64,000 bases of DNA from Sminthopsis crassicaudata (GCF_048593235.1 NC_133618.1:478523294-478587293), one strand, 5' to 3'; positions 38,201 to 48,500 are shown, numbered from the stretch's first letter. A program made the numbers and translations. The notes: generated by a model not told the origin, from the sequence alone.

Positions 38201-39072
38201 CCATCAAAAAGTTCATGGAGACTTGGATCTTGCTCCCCACAGATAAGCTCATGAAAATTTGGATCTTCTTCCTCACAGATGAGATCAATAGGATTTGGGT
38301 CTTCTTCCTCACAAATAAAGTCATCCTCATCAGGGTGTGGGATTTCCTCCTCACAAATAAGATCATCAGGGTTTGGGCCTTGCTCCTCACAAATAAGATC
38401 ATCTGAGTTTGGGTCTTCTTCCTCACAAATAAGTTCATCTGCGTTGGGATATTCTTCGTCACAGATAAGCTCCTCAGGACTGGCATCTTCCTCGTCAATG
38501 GCATCTTCTTCATCACACATAAGCTCATCAAGGATGGGATCTTCCTCTTCACAGATCAGCTCATCGGCATGGGGATCTTCTTCCTCACAGACAAGCTCAT
38601 CTAAGCTCGAACCTTCCTCCTCACAGACAAGCTCATCTAAGCTCGAACCTTCCTCTTCACAAACAAGTTCGTTGGGGTTTGGATCTTCCTCTTCATAGAT
38701 AACTTCATCAAAGCTTGGATCATCGCCATAAACAAGCTCATCAATACTTGGATCTTCTTCCCCGTCAAAGAGCTCATCAGGGCTTGGCTCATGCGTACCG
38801 TTCATAAGCACATCGGGACTCCGCTCCTGTGTACCATTCATAAGCTCATCATGGCTTGGCTCTTCCTTTCCATTCACAAGTTCACCGGAGTTTGGTTCTT
38901 CCTTCTCATCAACATGATCTTCCTTCCCATCCTGGGCAAATTCCTCCTTCTCGTGGCATTCCTCAGAACCACTGCAAAAAATAAAACCAATGGGGATTAT
39001 TGGGAGGAGCTTTGCCCCTCAACCAACTTCTCTCTTTCCCTGCCACAGAGATACTCACCTTTCTCTGGACAT
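29177..39072 (-). CDS. CCNE1: Cyclin E1 (G1/S-specific), spliced CDS of 11 coding exons, 2172 nt / about 723 aa, with a roughly 316-aa acidic repeat insertion near the N-terminus
   Basis: Exons assembled by hand: 39059-39072, 37912-38971, 37649-37717, 33318-33448, 33077-33212, 31395-31541, 30761-30856, 30365-30502, 30137-30248, 29885-30042, 29177-29287. All introns are GT-AG and the joined frame is open. The peptide has the cyclin E hallmarks [22 protein letters not shown], the cyclin box ([21 protein letters not shown]) and the C-terminal LLTPPPS degron. Confidence 0.97.
29885..30042 (-). CDS. CCNE1: CCNE1 exon 11 ([19 protein letters not shown]...[13 protein letters not shown])
   Basis: 158 bp, ttttccag|GA...CTG|gtcagt. 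Confidence 0.97.
30137..30248 (-). CDS. CCNE1: CCNE1 exon 10 ([37 protein letters not shown])
   Basis: 112 bp, tag|CTT...CAG|gtaagt. Confidence 0.97.
30365..30502 (-). CDS. CCNE1: CCNE1 exon 9 ([46 protein letters not shown])
   Basis: 138 bp (one codon longer than human), tag|GCC...GAG|gtaagt. Confidence 0.98.
30761..30856 (-). CDS. CCNE1: CCNE1 exon 8 ([32 protein letters not shown])
   Basis: 96 bp, cag|GAA...AAG|gtaagt. Confidence 0.98.
31395..31541 (-). CDS. CCNE1: CCNE1 exon 7 ([23 protein letters not shown]...FIAAKLE)
   Basis: 147 bp, cag|GTG...GAG|gtaaaa; cyclin box core. Confidence 0.98.
33077..33212 (-). CDS. CCNE1: CCNE1 exon 6 ([45 protein letters not shown])
   Basis: 136 bp with canonical splice sites; start of the cyclin box. 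Confidence 0.97.
33318..33448 (-). CDS. CCNE1: CCNE1 exon 5 ([44 protein letters not shown])
   Basis: 131 bp, ttcttcaacag|GCT...GG|gtgagt; contains TPDK and TPLPLL, homologous to human TPDK and SPLPVL; phase fits exon 6. Confidence 0.9.
37649..37717 (-). CDS. CCNE1: CCNE1 exon 4 ([23 protein letters not shown])
   Basis: 69 bp, tag|TTT...CCG|gtaaga; matches human FLQDPDEEMAK exon in length and sequence. Confidence 0.93.
37912..38971 (-). CDS. CCNE1: CCNE1 exon 3, expanded to 1060 bp (acidic LxCxE repeat array, then NMKR...[14 protein letters not shown])
   Basis: Acceptor tttattttttgcag|T and donor GTG|gtgagt. Open frame for 353 codons ending in the conserved cyclin E NLS RSRKRK. Entry phase matches exon 2. 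Confidence 0.9.
38086..38202 (-). repeat. Coding 24-bp (8-aa) repeat, about 5 units, consensus GREDPRPD
   Basis: GRDEPRPN / ARENPTPD / GREDPRPD / GREDPNPD / ARQDPSA in the exon 3 translation. Confidence 0.85.
38200..38904 (-). repeat. Coding 36-bp (12-aa) minisatellite, about 19 units, consensus EEEDPNPDELIC
   Basis: Periodic gagcttatctgtgaggaagaagatcc motif. Units 38585-38620 and 38621-38656 are identical at 35 of 36 nt. Confidence 0.95.
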
Positions 39073-39102
39073 TGTGGCAGAGCAAGGGCTAAGACCTCAG
39101 TT
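39059..39102 (-). CDS. CCNE1: CCNE1 exon 2 (5'UTR plus start codon; coding part 39059-39072, MSRES)
   Basis: Acceptor ctctttctgtccctctag; ATG at 39072 in context gccacaATGT; donor AG|gtgagt. Fourteen coding nt ending in phase 2, resembling mammalian MPRER. Confidence 0.85.
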
Positions 39103-40180
39103 CTAGAGGGACAGAAAGAGGAAAGATTAAAAGGACTAAGTCTTTGCCGAATTGTAGCGATCTATCCTGCGGCCATCTAATTCCCAAGAGGCCACCTCCC
39201 ACCTAGTCCTTCCACCTTCTCTCCCAGGGCAGTGGCAGGGAAAGCCTTCCAAGCCTGGGGGGAGGCGGGGAGAAGGAATGGCAATTTGGAAAGAGAGAGG
39301 GGCTACGCATTCTCAACCCCAATCTCCAAGAGATAACCTACCCACCCATTGCAATGAGACTTTCTAACCTCCCGCTCAGCCCTCTGAGAACAGCGGTCCA
39401 CGCGGTACGCTAATCTTTCAAACTCAAGTGCAACCAGGACTACCAGACTTGCTTCTGTGGGTTTATGTGCAAAGTTAGGGAACTGGGGTGGTATGGGGCA
39501 AAGTCCCTCCACCCTGTCCCCTCTTGGCACATCTCCACACAAACCATCAGGCACGAGAAAAAAAAGCAACCTAGTGGTAGTAGCTGCGGTGCGGCGGTGG
39601 AGGCGGCGGCGGCGGTTCATACGGATAATTCTGGGGTCCGCACTATCCCGATTCCCCTGCTCTCGAATCTCACTCACCTACTCAACCTCCCCCTTACCTC
39701 CGCCGTTGCACTGGCAGGCGGCCACACACCGGGAATCCAGGTGGCAGAAGCAATGACCGAGCAAGGCAGGAGTCTTGCCAGGGGTAGCCTTGCCAACCTG
39801 CCGGATGACAGGCGGCTAGTACCGCGGACCTGGGTCAAGTCTGCTAGCGAGCTGACCGTGCACTCCTCTGCCTCTACCTCCCTAGCCCATCTGAGCCTAT
39901 CTCCCGCCTGCTCACTGCCCGCTCTGGGGCTGGCTGGCTCCAGCTTGCTGGCTGGCTGGCTGGGCTGGCCTGCCCGCCCTCAGGGGCGGCGTTTGCGGCT
40001 CCCACTCCCCGCCCTCCTTCACCGATCTCCCGCCTCCACATGCAGCTCCTCCCGCCAAGCCACACCGTGCGGAGTGTGGCCCTTGCCGGCTCCGCCGACT
40101 GGTCTTGACCGGTGGCGGCTGAAGGACGCAGAGCTCCATCTCTGGCACCAGCCGCTGTCATTGCGCTGGAAGGATGAGGA

Positions 40181-40278
40181 TGCGAGGACCCGGCTGCAAG
40201 GACCCGGCTGCGAGGACCCGGCTGCAAGATAGGCTGCAGGGTCTTGGCTGCAGGGACTTGGCCGCAGGGATTTGGCTG
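40181..40278. repeat. 14-bp GC-rich minisatellite in the CpG island (gaggacccggctgc x3, then ggctgcagggactt-like x3)
   Basis: Seen directly in the sequence. Confidence 0.85.
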
Positions 40279-40424
40279 ACTCCGCACTGTGAAGACTTGG
40301 CTGCTGGCACTTGGCTGTTATCAGAACTCCGTGGTGGAACTCCGTAGCTGTGGCGCCGGGATACCCACCACACCACCTCCCTCCTCCTCCCGCCCTCTTT
40401 TGGGAACCCCAGGTGCATCCTTAC

Positions 40425-40770
40425 CCGCAGCGGGCGGCGGCTGGTGGCAGAAGCGGCAGCGGGCACAGGCGGTGGAGGCTGTGGCAGAGGAGCTGGAGGA
40501 GGCGGTGGGGGTGGCGGTGGAGGCAGAGGTTGAGGAGGTGGAGGTGGTGGCGGCGGCAGAGGCGGCGGGGGCTGCTGGTGAATGCCCGCAGGCGGCAGCT
40601 GGCGATCGGGGTTGGCCGAGGGAGGCAGGGTGAAGAGGAGGAGAGGCAAAGGCCGGAGGCGAAGAAGTAGGAGGCCGAAGGAGGCGAAGCTCGGAGCTCC
40701 TGGGCAGCTCTGGTGGGATGTGCAGGGCGCAGCTACCTTCCTTTATACCCTGACTGCCCGCGCCCCCCTC
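40425..40770 (-). other. Putative non-coding exon 1 of CCNE1
   Basis: Runs from the CERM-like TSS to a donor CGG|gtaagg at 40424. Other donors exist (39697, 41536), so the exon cannot be fixed without RNA data. Confidence 0.4.
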
Positions 40771-40771
40771 C

Positions 40772-40789
40772 AGCGGGACATTAAAAAAA
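40772..40789 (-). promoter_or_regulatory. CERM-like element (AT-rich tract plus variant E2F site, TTTTTTTAATGTCCCGCT) at the likely TSS
   Basis: Closely resembles the TTTTAAATGTCCCGCT cyclin E repressor module of the mouse/human cyclin E promoter. Confidence 0.75.
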
Positions 40790-43700
40790 TATCTAAGGCG
40801 CGCAGTGGCCCCCCCACCCCACCCCCTCATTTCTCCCCCTCCTCTCCTTACTTCCCCACCCCCACTCCCTACCCTCCTCCCCCTACCCCCACCCCAGGTC
40901 TGGCCAGTCCCGGCCTCAGTGCTTGGGCCGGACCAGGGCCAGCTCTCTCTGCCTGGGCGTCGAACTCTGGAGGTAGGGGGCACGGGGCCAGCAGCTCCGG
41001 ATGGGAGGCTGCACCGCCCCCCCACCCCCTTCAACGTGCAGGGAGCATGCGCATTAAAGTGCAGCTGCCTAAGTGGGGGGGGGGGCCTCCTGGAGCTCTG
41101 GGAGAGGCGAAGGGAGGGGGGGGTGCTTGCAACTCTAGGGCCCGGGGAAGGGAGGCGGGGCTGGCCCAAGCACTGAGCTGAAGGAGCTGCAAAAAAACAG
41201 CGTGGTCGGCTCCAAATCCGTGTAAACAAGGGAGCGATTGTATAGCCGTTTTGGAGGGGGGGGAATGAGTATGGGGCCCCCAGACTTCAGTCTTGGTTCC
41301 AGCCTCAGAATTGGGGAACGGTATGGGATGAACTTAGAAAGTGGAGTGGAAGGGAGGCGTTACTGTTCTCTGGTGCCGTCGCGGTCGTAGTTGAGCTTGG
41401 TGTCTTTCTCCACGGTGTGTGGCGGGAGGGAGTCTTAGCCTCTTTTCTTGAGTTTTGAGACCGTGCCGCTAGTCCCACCTCTCCCACTTCTCCCCTTTTT
41501 GGGGATATATCTAACGCAGGATAACACCAAACTTACCTGGCTCTGCAGAAACTTGTGTGATTTTCCATTCTTCTGCCTCTCATTCATGCGCAACCACTGA
41601 TTCCAAGTCTTGGGACACCTTTCCAACCCAGGTCGAGCTTTCTAGCTCTTGAGACCTCTTCGCACTTACGGGCTGTTGCAGCCATTCTGGCCCCTGGTTT
41701 TATGCACCTTAGTACTTAGCTGTACATGGGTCTTGCATTGATATCAGACATGACTGTGAATTGGGGTTCTTCCAAAGGAACCTTCCAAAAGACTGTAAAC
41801 TGAAATATGATGTTCCTGGGCCCCTCAACAAAATGCCACAGCCATATTTTCTGAACCAAAATTGGGAGTGGGGGAAAGTTTTATCTGACAAAGAATGTTT
41901 CTTTGGGAAAGCATCCTTGGTTGAAATATACTTTCTTTTCTTAAAATGAAACTCTGAAAAATACAGAGTTTAGAATCTCTACTCCCAAACCCAACTCTAG
42001 GAGGTGTAGTAGATACTTGATTATATTTGTGGGATGAATGAGTGAATGAATAAAGACATAGCTGTTTCGTGGGAAGAGAATGGATTTGGAGTCAGAGGTC
42101 CTGTATTCATTATCAAGCTCTGCTGCTTACCGCTAGTGTGACTTTTGGCAAATTAGTTTCTTTATCTATCGATCACAGGTTGGACTCTCCATAGATGAAG
42201 ATCTAACTGACATTTAGTGCTTCTTCAAATGAATAAGGATGACAGGATGTTATGAATAAATGGATAATGATAGAGGGCTTCTGCCAATTAATGAATAAAG
42301 ATGATGGTCTCCATGGTGCCTGGTGTGAGAGGGATTGCAAACTGATTACTAGGCTCCAGGTGTGCTTGGGGAAAGAGAGGCAGGGAGAAACCTGAGTAAG
42401 TTGATCATGCAGTTTAATTGTACTGAGTTAAAGGAATAGGCTTTTAACCCAAATCTTTCTCTTATTGACTCTGATTTGTGAGGCAACTCCCTTAATCTCT
42501 TTGGGTCTCAGTTCCCATTCTGTAAAATGAAAATTAAATGGAATTAGATTAGACCTGCCAACAAAAAACACCTTCCAACTCAACAGTCAGTGATTTTTTT
42601 TAAGTTCATGAGGCAAAATTTAATTAAACAAACATTTATTTATTTATTTTTGAGTACTCACCATATACAAATCTCTACTAGGGAAATCCAAGATAAAATA
42701 TGTCCACTGGCCTCAAAAAGCTTACAGTTTAGTGCTCATTTAGGAAAACTAAATCTTCCTTAATCCCTTGGTTTTCTGTTTTCCTGATCCTTTCCTAGAC
42801 CATTTTTACTGAAGTTTAGGGAATAACAAAATAGGGATTTGGAGGGAATGATACTGGTTTAGATTAGAGGAACAAGATTAGACACAAACATGGGAAATGG
42901 GAGAAGACAAGCGCCAAATTTGAAGAGAGCCATGCACATTTCATCATCTGGGGTAGGGACCTTTCTGCCTTTGGAGGGGGATCTCCCTGGGAAAGAGACA
43001 GCCTTCTCAGAGCACACTACACCTAATCCTCCCTTACAGATATACAAATTATAGTTCCTCTTGGGAGATATGGACATAATGAGGCAAGGCAAGCATTTTG
43101 AGGGTTTGTTTTCTCTCTGATAGTCCGTGAAGTTTGGGCAGCTGTGTGCACAACTGGACTTTGCTGTCACTGAGGCAGCCTCTGTCTGTTTGCAGTTGGT
43201 ATTGATTACACTCCAAGGAAGTGAGCTCTCCTTTATCCTTGGAGCTCAGTTTTCAGTTTAGGGATTATCTGGACCCAGGGCTTTGCCTTCCTGCCAGACA
43301 TTTGGATGTTTCTAGGCTCCCTTGTTAGTATCTCAACTCCTGTTTGTCAAAGAATGAATTGACCATTTGTTAACTGGTTTTGAGGAGTAGGGATAGTAGC
43401 AAAGCAGAGTGAAATTGTTGTCTGAGTCAGAACTGGGTAACCTGTATCACAGTTTGCTGTGAGTTCAACCAGAGACAACTTCTGAAGATTACCTGTCCAT
43501 TCCAATTACATCTCTTCTACCTTTCAAAACTAAGTCCAAGTGATTGGACTGATGAAACCAGTCTTGAAAGTTTCAGAACTATCCCTTAGGCAAAAATATG
43601 AAGTAATGGAAATCATCTTTAGCATCTGTACTTGGAACCACCTACCACAGACTTGAATTCTTGTACCCCTCCCAAATCTGAGGGTAGACCTCACTTTATC

Positions 43701-44640
43701 TTTCTTCTCTTCTTCTTCCTTAAAATCAACATACTTTTGTCTTCTGCCTTGAAGGACCTTGTTTTCCATTCATTGTCCAGCTTTTTATTCTCATCTGATT
43801 CTTTGAAAAGTTGTGTTCTCTTCTGATTCTAGAATAGTAGAATTTTAAAATGTTGGACTAGGCAGAAAGAGTACTCATTTTCTGAGGAGGAAACAGAATT
43901 CCACAGAGATGGAATGATTTGCCCCAAAAGTCAACTTTTCTCCACCAAAAACTTTGCTTTGTAAGTAAGATTCATCTTCCTATGACTCTTTCCTCTAGGC
44001 ATTTTATATTAAATGGAACTGATATATTTTAAATATTTATAATTATACTATTAATATTATAAACATATATATAAACCAATATATTTTATACCAAACTAAA
44101 CTTGACGTTGTTTCTTTTGTACTTTCATTTTCAGAGTTAAGTTCAATTATTTTTAGATTTTTGATATTTTAGTGTATATAGCCCTTTCACTTAACAAATG
44201 TCTCAAAGCTTTGATTGAAAGAAGTGAATCTCTATAGAGGGGAGCTTTTATATAATACTATGTACAACCATTCAGCCTAGAAGATCTTTGGAGAAGCAGG
44301 GTGACTCTCTCATTTTCCTATTTGATTCTATGAGATGTAACTATTAACAAGGAGGCTAATTTTTGAATCAACTCATATGAACTTTATATATCCAAAGAGT
44401 GTTGCCTCTGATCCTGTGAGCCTTTCTTCCATCTGTCCCCTTCAATCAATCAACAAATATTTATTGATGGCTATTCCTGTGGTTCTAAATGTCAAAATGC
44501 TATCCATTCTTCAAAACCCAGAATATATCCTACCTCTTATGTGAAGCTTTGCCAACCTACAGGCATCTGCCCTTTTCTGAATTCCTATAGCACTTGCTGT
44601 GTACCATGTAGAGAGGATTACAGATTCTCAAAAGTTAAAC

Positions 44641-44849
44641 CAGGGGTTCATAACTGGGTACATGAATTTGTCTTTTATACATACATATATACATACACAA
44701 TTTATTCCAATAGAATTGGTTTATATTATAATCCTATGTATTTTAAGTATTTAAAATATTTAAAAACATTATCATGAGATGGGATCTATATACTTTATCA
44801 GATTGCCAAAAGGTACTATGACACACAAAAAAAAGATTAACGAACCCGA
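44641..44849. mobile_element. Small hAT-type (MER5/MER20-like) non-autonomous DNA transposon relic
   Basis: Imperfect terminal inverted repeats caggggttcataac / gattaacgaacccg. Confidence 0.45.
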
Positions 44850-47383
44850 AGTTTAAAGAGATCTCAAAGACTATTGAAGCAGTAGTCAAATAAGAATTAC
44901 CTCTAAAATAGAGTCAGCAAGAAGTCAGGCCTTTGCTTGAAAGACCTTTGCAGAGAGAGAAGGCACTCCTTCCTTTGCCCTCCCTTCCTCCCTGTACCCA
45001 GCAGCCCATTCCACTTTGGGATAGCTCTCATTGTTGGAAAGTTTTTCCTTACATCAAACCTAAATCTGCTTCTCTGTTAACTTCCAGTCATTCTTCCTAA
45101 GTCTGCACTTTGGTGCCAGGCAGAACAAGCCTAATCCCCTCTACCACATGACAGCCCTTCAAATACTTGAAGGTGGCTATCATATTCCCCCTTAGTCCCC
45201 CTTCTGTCCTCTAAATTCAGCATCAGCAGTTCCTTCAATAGATCCTCACATGACAAGATCTCATGGCCCTTCACAACCCTGTCATCCACTAGACATTCAT
45301 CATATTTGGTCTTGTACTTAGATTTATTCATATATCATTGTACTTTATGATTACAAAGCACTTTCTATAGGTTATCTCATTTGATCCTCACAGCAACCTT
45401 GGGAGATAGGTGCTATTATATAGTCTCCTTATTTTGTAGATAAGGAAACTAAGGTTGAGAAAAATTGAGTGACTTGCCCTTGGTAGCAAAGCTACTAAGT
45501 ATCTAAGATTCCCTATTATAAGGTAAGCTCCTTGAAATAAAAAATATATTCACCTTTCTTTCTTCAAAGATGCTTCATATAATAAAGCACCAGTCTTATA
45601 GAGTCTTCAAACTCCGAATTCAAAGCTTTTTGAAGATGTACAAGTCACTTGATCTCTCTCAGCCTCTTGTATCCTCATCTAGAAAATGGATAGCTGTAGA
45701 ACCCTCCACCTCAGGCTTTATGCAAGATGCATATTAAGTAGTGAATATAAAGTACTTTGAAAACCTTAAAGCACTATATAAATATCAGTTATTTAGACCT
45801 TTTGCACAATAGATATTAAATTAAAAAAAAATCTCTTGTACTTCAGGCACTTATACAGTCTGGTTGAGAGACATGCAAACATTCCATTCAATTCAACCAA
45901 GACATATTTAGAGACACAAGAGTACACCAGATATAACATGATGGAGTCTTTCCACAAACACCCCAGAATTTACACACCCAAATGGACACTATCTCCTTCA
46001 AAGTAGTCCTCTGGGGAGATAATATGTTTATTCCAACAGTGTTGCCATTGCTCAGGTGTGTCTGAAAATCCTCCTAGGAACTGGCTGTCTGAGCCAGTCT
46101 TTGGGTCACATAAGAAATTCAGTCCAATTACTTTACAGTCATACCTCATTTTTGATTCAAAATCATATTACTCAGCCTAATTCTCCACCTTATTTTTCAG
46201 CTTTGGCTTCTAATTGCTTTTTATACTTTCCAGAAAGCAGAGTGGATGGATAGTATAATGGATAGAGCAGTAAGAGGGCATAAGTCCCACATCTTGTTCT
46301 TGACTCTGCAAGTAACCATGAGACTTGAAGCAGGTCTCACTTGTGACTTCTGTGACCATGAATTTCATCTATAAAATGGGAGTAATGATAACTTTTCCAC
46401 CTCACAGATTTGTTGTGAGGATTAAATGAAATAATATAAATGAAAATGCCTTGTAACAAGGTATTATACAAATAATAAGCTTCAGCCCTGAACTTCCACC
46501 TGCCTGTTGGACACTCAACATCTTCAAAACAATTCCACTCCTCATTGAGACATATTCTTTCTGTTGATGGAGCTGATATTGTCTTAGTTGCCCAAATCTG
46601 AAACTTAGTAGTCCTTCCTTATTCTTCCTTCTCTTGTGTCTACTACATCTACTCAGTCACTAAGTTATATCTGTTCTGCTTTAATATTTCTTCTCTCTAT
46701 TCCATTCTCACCACACTCTACCAATCTAATTCCACTCCAAGCCCTTGGTACCAATCATAGGCTTTATTATCCTAAGTTCCTATCAGATCTCCCAGCTTTT
46801 AGTCCCTCCCAGATTCAATACATTTTCCACACAATTGTGAAAATAATGTTACATCTGTCATGTCACCCCACCTTCTTAGAAACCTTCAGTGGTTCCTTAC
46901 TGCCTATAAAATGTTTTATCCTACATTCTTGCTCCAATCCATTTTTCCAATTTCATTTCTCATTCTATTTTTTTTACTCACTCTATGTTCCATCTAAACC
47001 ACACGATTGGTTGTGTCTGATCTCATCCTGTCTTCTTGCATTTACACACACTATCATTTCCCATGCTTACAGTGCATTGCCTTTATATCTTTGGCTATTG
47101 AAATCATTCCTTTCCTTCAAGAAGCCACTCAGGTGCCATGTTCTCTTTGAAACCTTGACTGACTTCCCACCCACCCAGATGAATGTTATCTTACACCTCA
47201 TTTTTTTTTTTTTAGTACTTGATATCTTTCCCTTTATTTCACTCTACCTCACAGTATAGTTATTTGATTACATGTTTTACTATGCTTTCATCCATCCTTA
47301 GTTCCTTGAGAGTAGGGACTGCTGGTTTTTCAGTTTTTGTATCCCCACCACCTGACGTATTGTCTTGCATTTAGTACATTTTT

Positions 47384-47526
47384 TTTTTTTAATTTTAGGC
47401 TGGGGTTAAGTGACTTGCCCAGGGTCACACAGCTAGGAAGTGTTAAGTGTCTGAGGCCACATTCGAACTCGGGTCCTCCTGAATTCAAGGCTGGTGCTCT
47501 ATCCACTGCGCCACCTAGCTGCCCCC
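47384..47526 (-). mobile_element. WSINE1-type SINE (young)
   Basis: Near-consensus sequence; TSD atttagtacattttt at 47369-47383 and 47527-47541. Confidence 0.9.
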
Positions 47527-48297
47527 ATTTAGTACATTTTTAGAAATTTAAATTGCTGAGCTGAATTGAAATGAATTATATTCTGTAGGTAACTGGAACA
47601 GACAAAAAGTTAGTACCAGAGATTTGACTTTGGGATACAGAGTAATATTTCATCGCAGGAGATCAGAATGCTAAGAACTGAGTCATGATGGATACCATTA
47701 AAAATGAAATAAGAAGACTCACTAAAGAAGATGGGGAAATGGTCTTAGAGAGGTATGGAAAGGATCAGGAAGATAAAACACCACAGAAACTGGGAGAAAA
47801 AAAAAATCCTCAAAAAGGAAAGGGCAGCCAATGAAGTCAGGTGAAGAATATAAGGATTAAAAAAAAAAAGGTTGTATTATTTTTAAACTCTTCTTTATCC
47901 TATTTTTATCTGAAAATCTTTACATCTACTAATGTTCACATAAACCTGGTTCCCTCTGGAAGGTACCATCTGTGGTCTCTCCAAAACTGGATACTTTTTA
48001 CCTCTTGCCTCTTATCCACACTCTCCTCCCAAAACATTGGGCCAAGAGAAGCTGGAATTTTCCTTGCTCCTCACTGCCCTTTCTAGATTATTTGTCATCA
48101 CTGATCAACCTGTTTGAGACAGACTCCATCTACCTATCTATATCATGGAGTCTTAAACTTTTTCCATTCACAATTCTTTTTTGCTGAAGAATTTTTACAT
48201 GGGGCTTAAAGATATATAAAATAGGTATTCAAGCCAAACATTTATTGATAAAATCATAATTTTGTAATCTGCAATTCAATTATGTGAACCTATATGT

Positions 48298-48500
48298 CAG
48301 GGATGAGGAACCTTTTTTCTGCCACTTGCTATTGGGTACTTAGAACATCATTCATGGGCCAAACAAAATTATCAACTTAATGAACTCAAGCAACAGAAAG
48401 TTGATGTACCTAACTTTCAGCTTATCATTGCCTGCAAGTGCTTTAGCAAAAGATCACAGGCCTTACATGGCCCTGAGGGCCAGATATTCCCCAGCTCTGC
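48298..48500. mobile_element. Small hAT-type MITE relic
   Basis: Imperfect terminal inverted repeats cagggatgaggaac / tattccccagctctg. Confidence 0.4.

Larger units (their letters stand above)
39570..41420. promoter_or_regulatory. CpG island / CCNE1 promoter, non-coding first exon and intron 1
   Basis: Sharp rise in GC and CpG content with GGC/GGA runs and GC boxes, immediately upstream of the start-codon exon. Boundaries approximate. Confidence 0.9.

Noticed and set aside
37902-38698. Several long alternative-frame and antisense ORFs over the exon 3 repeat
   Set aside because: An expected by-product of a low-complexity, frame-preserving tandem repeat; only one frame joins the cyclin exons.
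38909-38959. ATG CCA CGA GAA (MPREGGIC...) near the start of exon 3, resembling the human CCNE1 start MPRERR
   Set aside because: It is out of frame with the cyclin ORF and stops after 16 codons. The true start is better explained by exon 2 (MSRES) with the correct splice phase.
39303-41229. Many Pro/Gly/Ala/Arg-rich ORFs in the CpG island (for example the poly-Pro ORF 40158..40649)
   Set aside because: GC-rich sequence lacks stop codons; several use non-ATG starts and there is no recognisable domain.
41530-41675. Two consensus minus-strand donors (CAG|gtaagt at 41536, CCC|gtaagt at 41669) upstream of the promoter
   Set aside because: They could mark upstream alternative first exons, but cannot be supported without transcript data.
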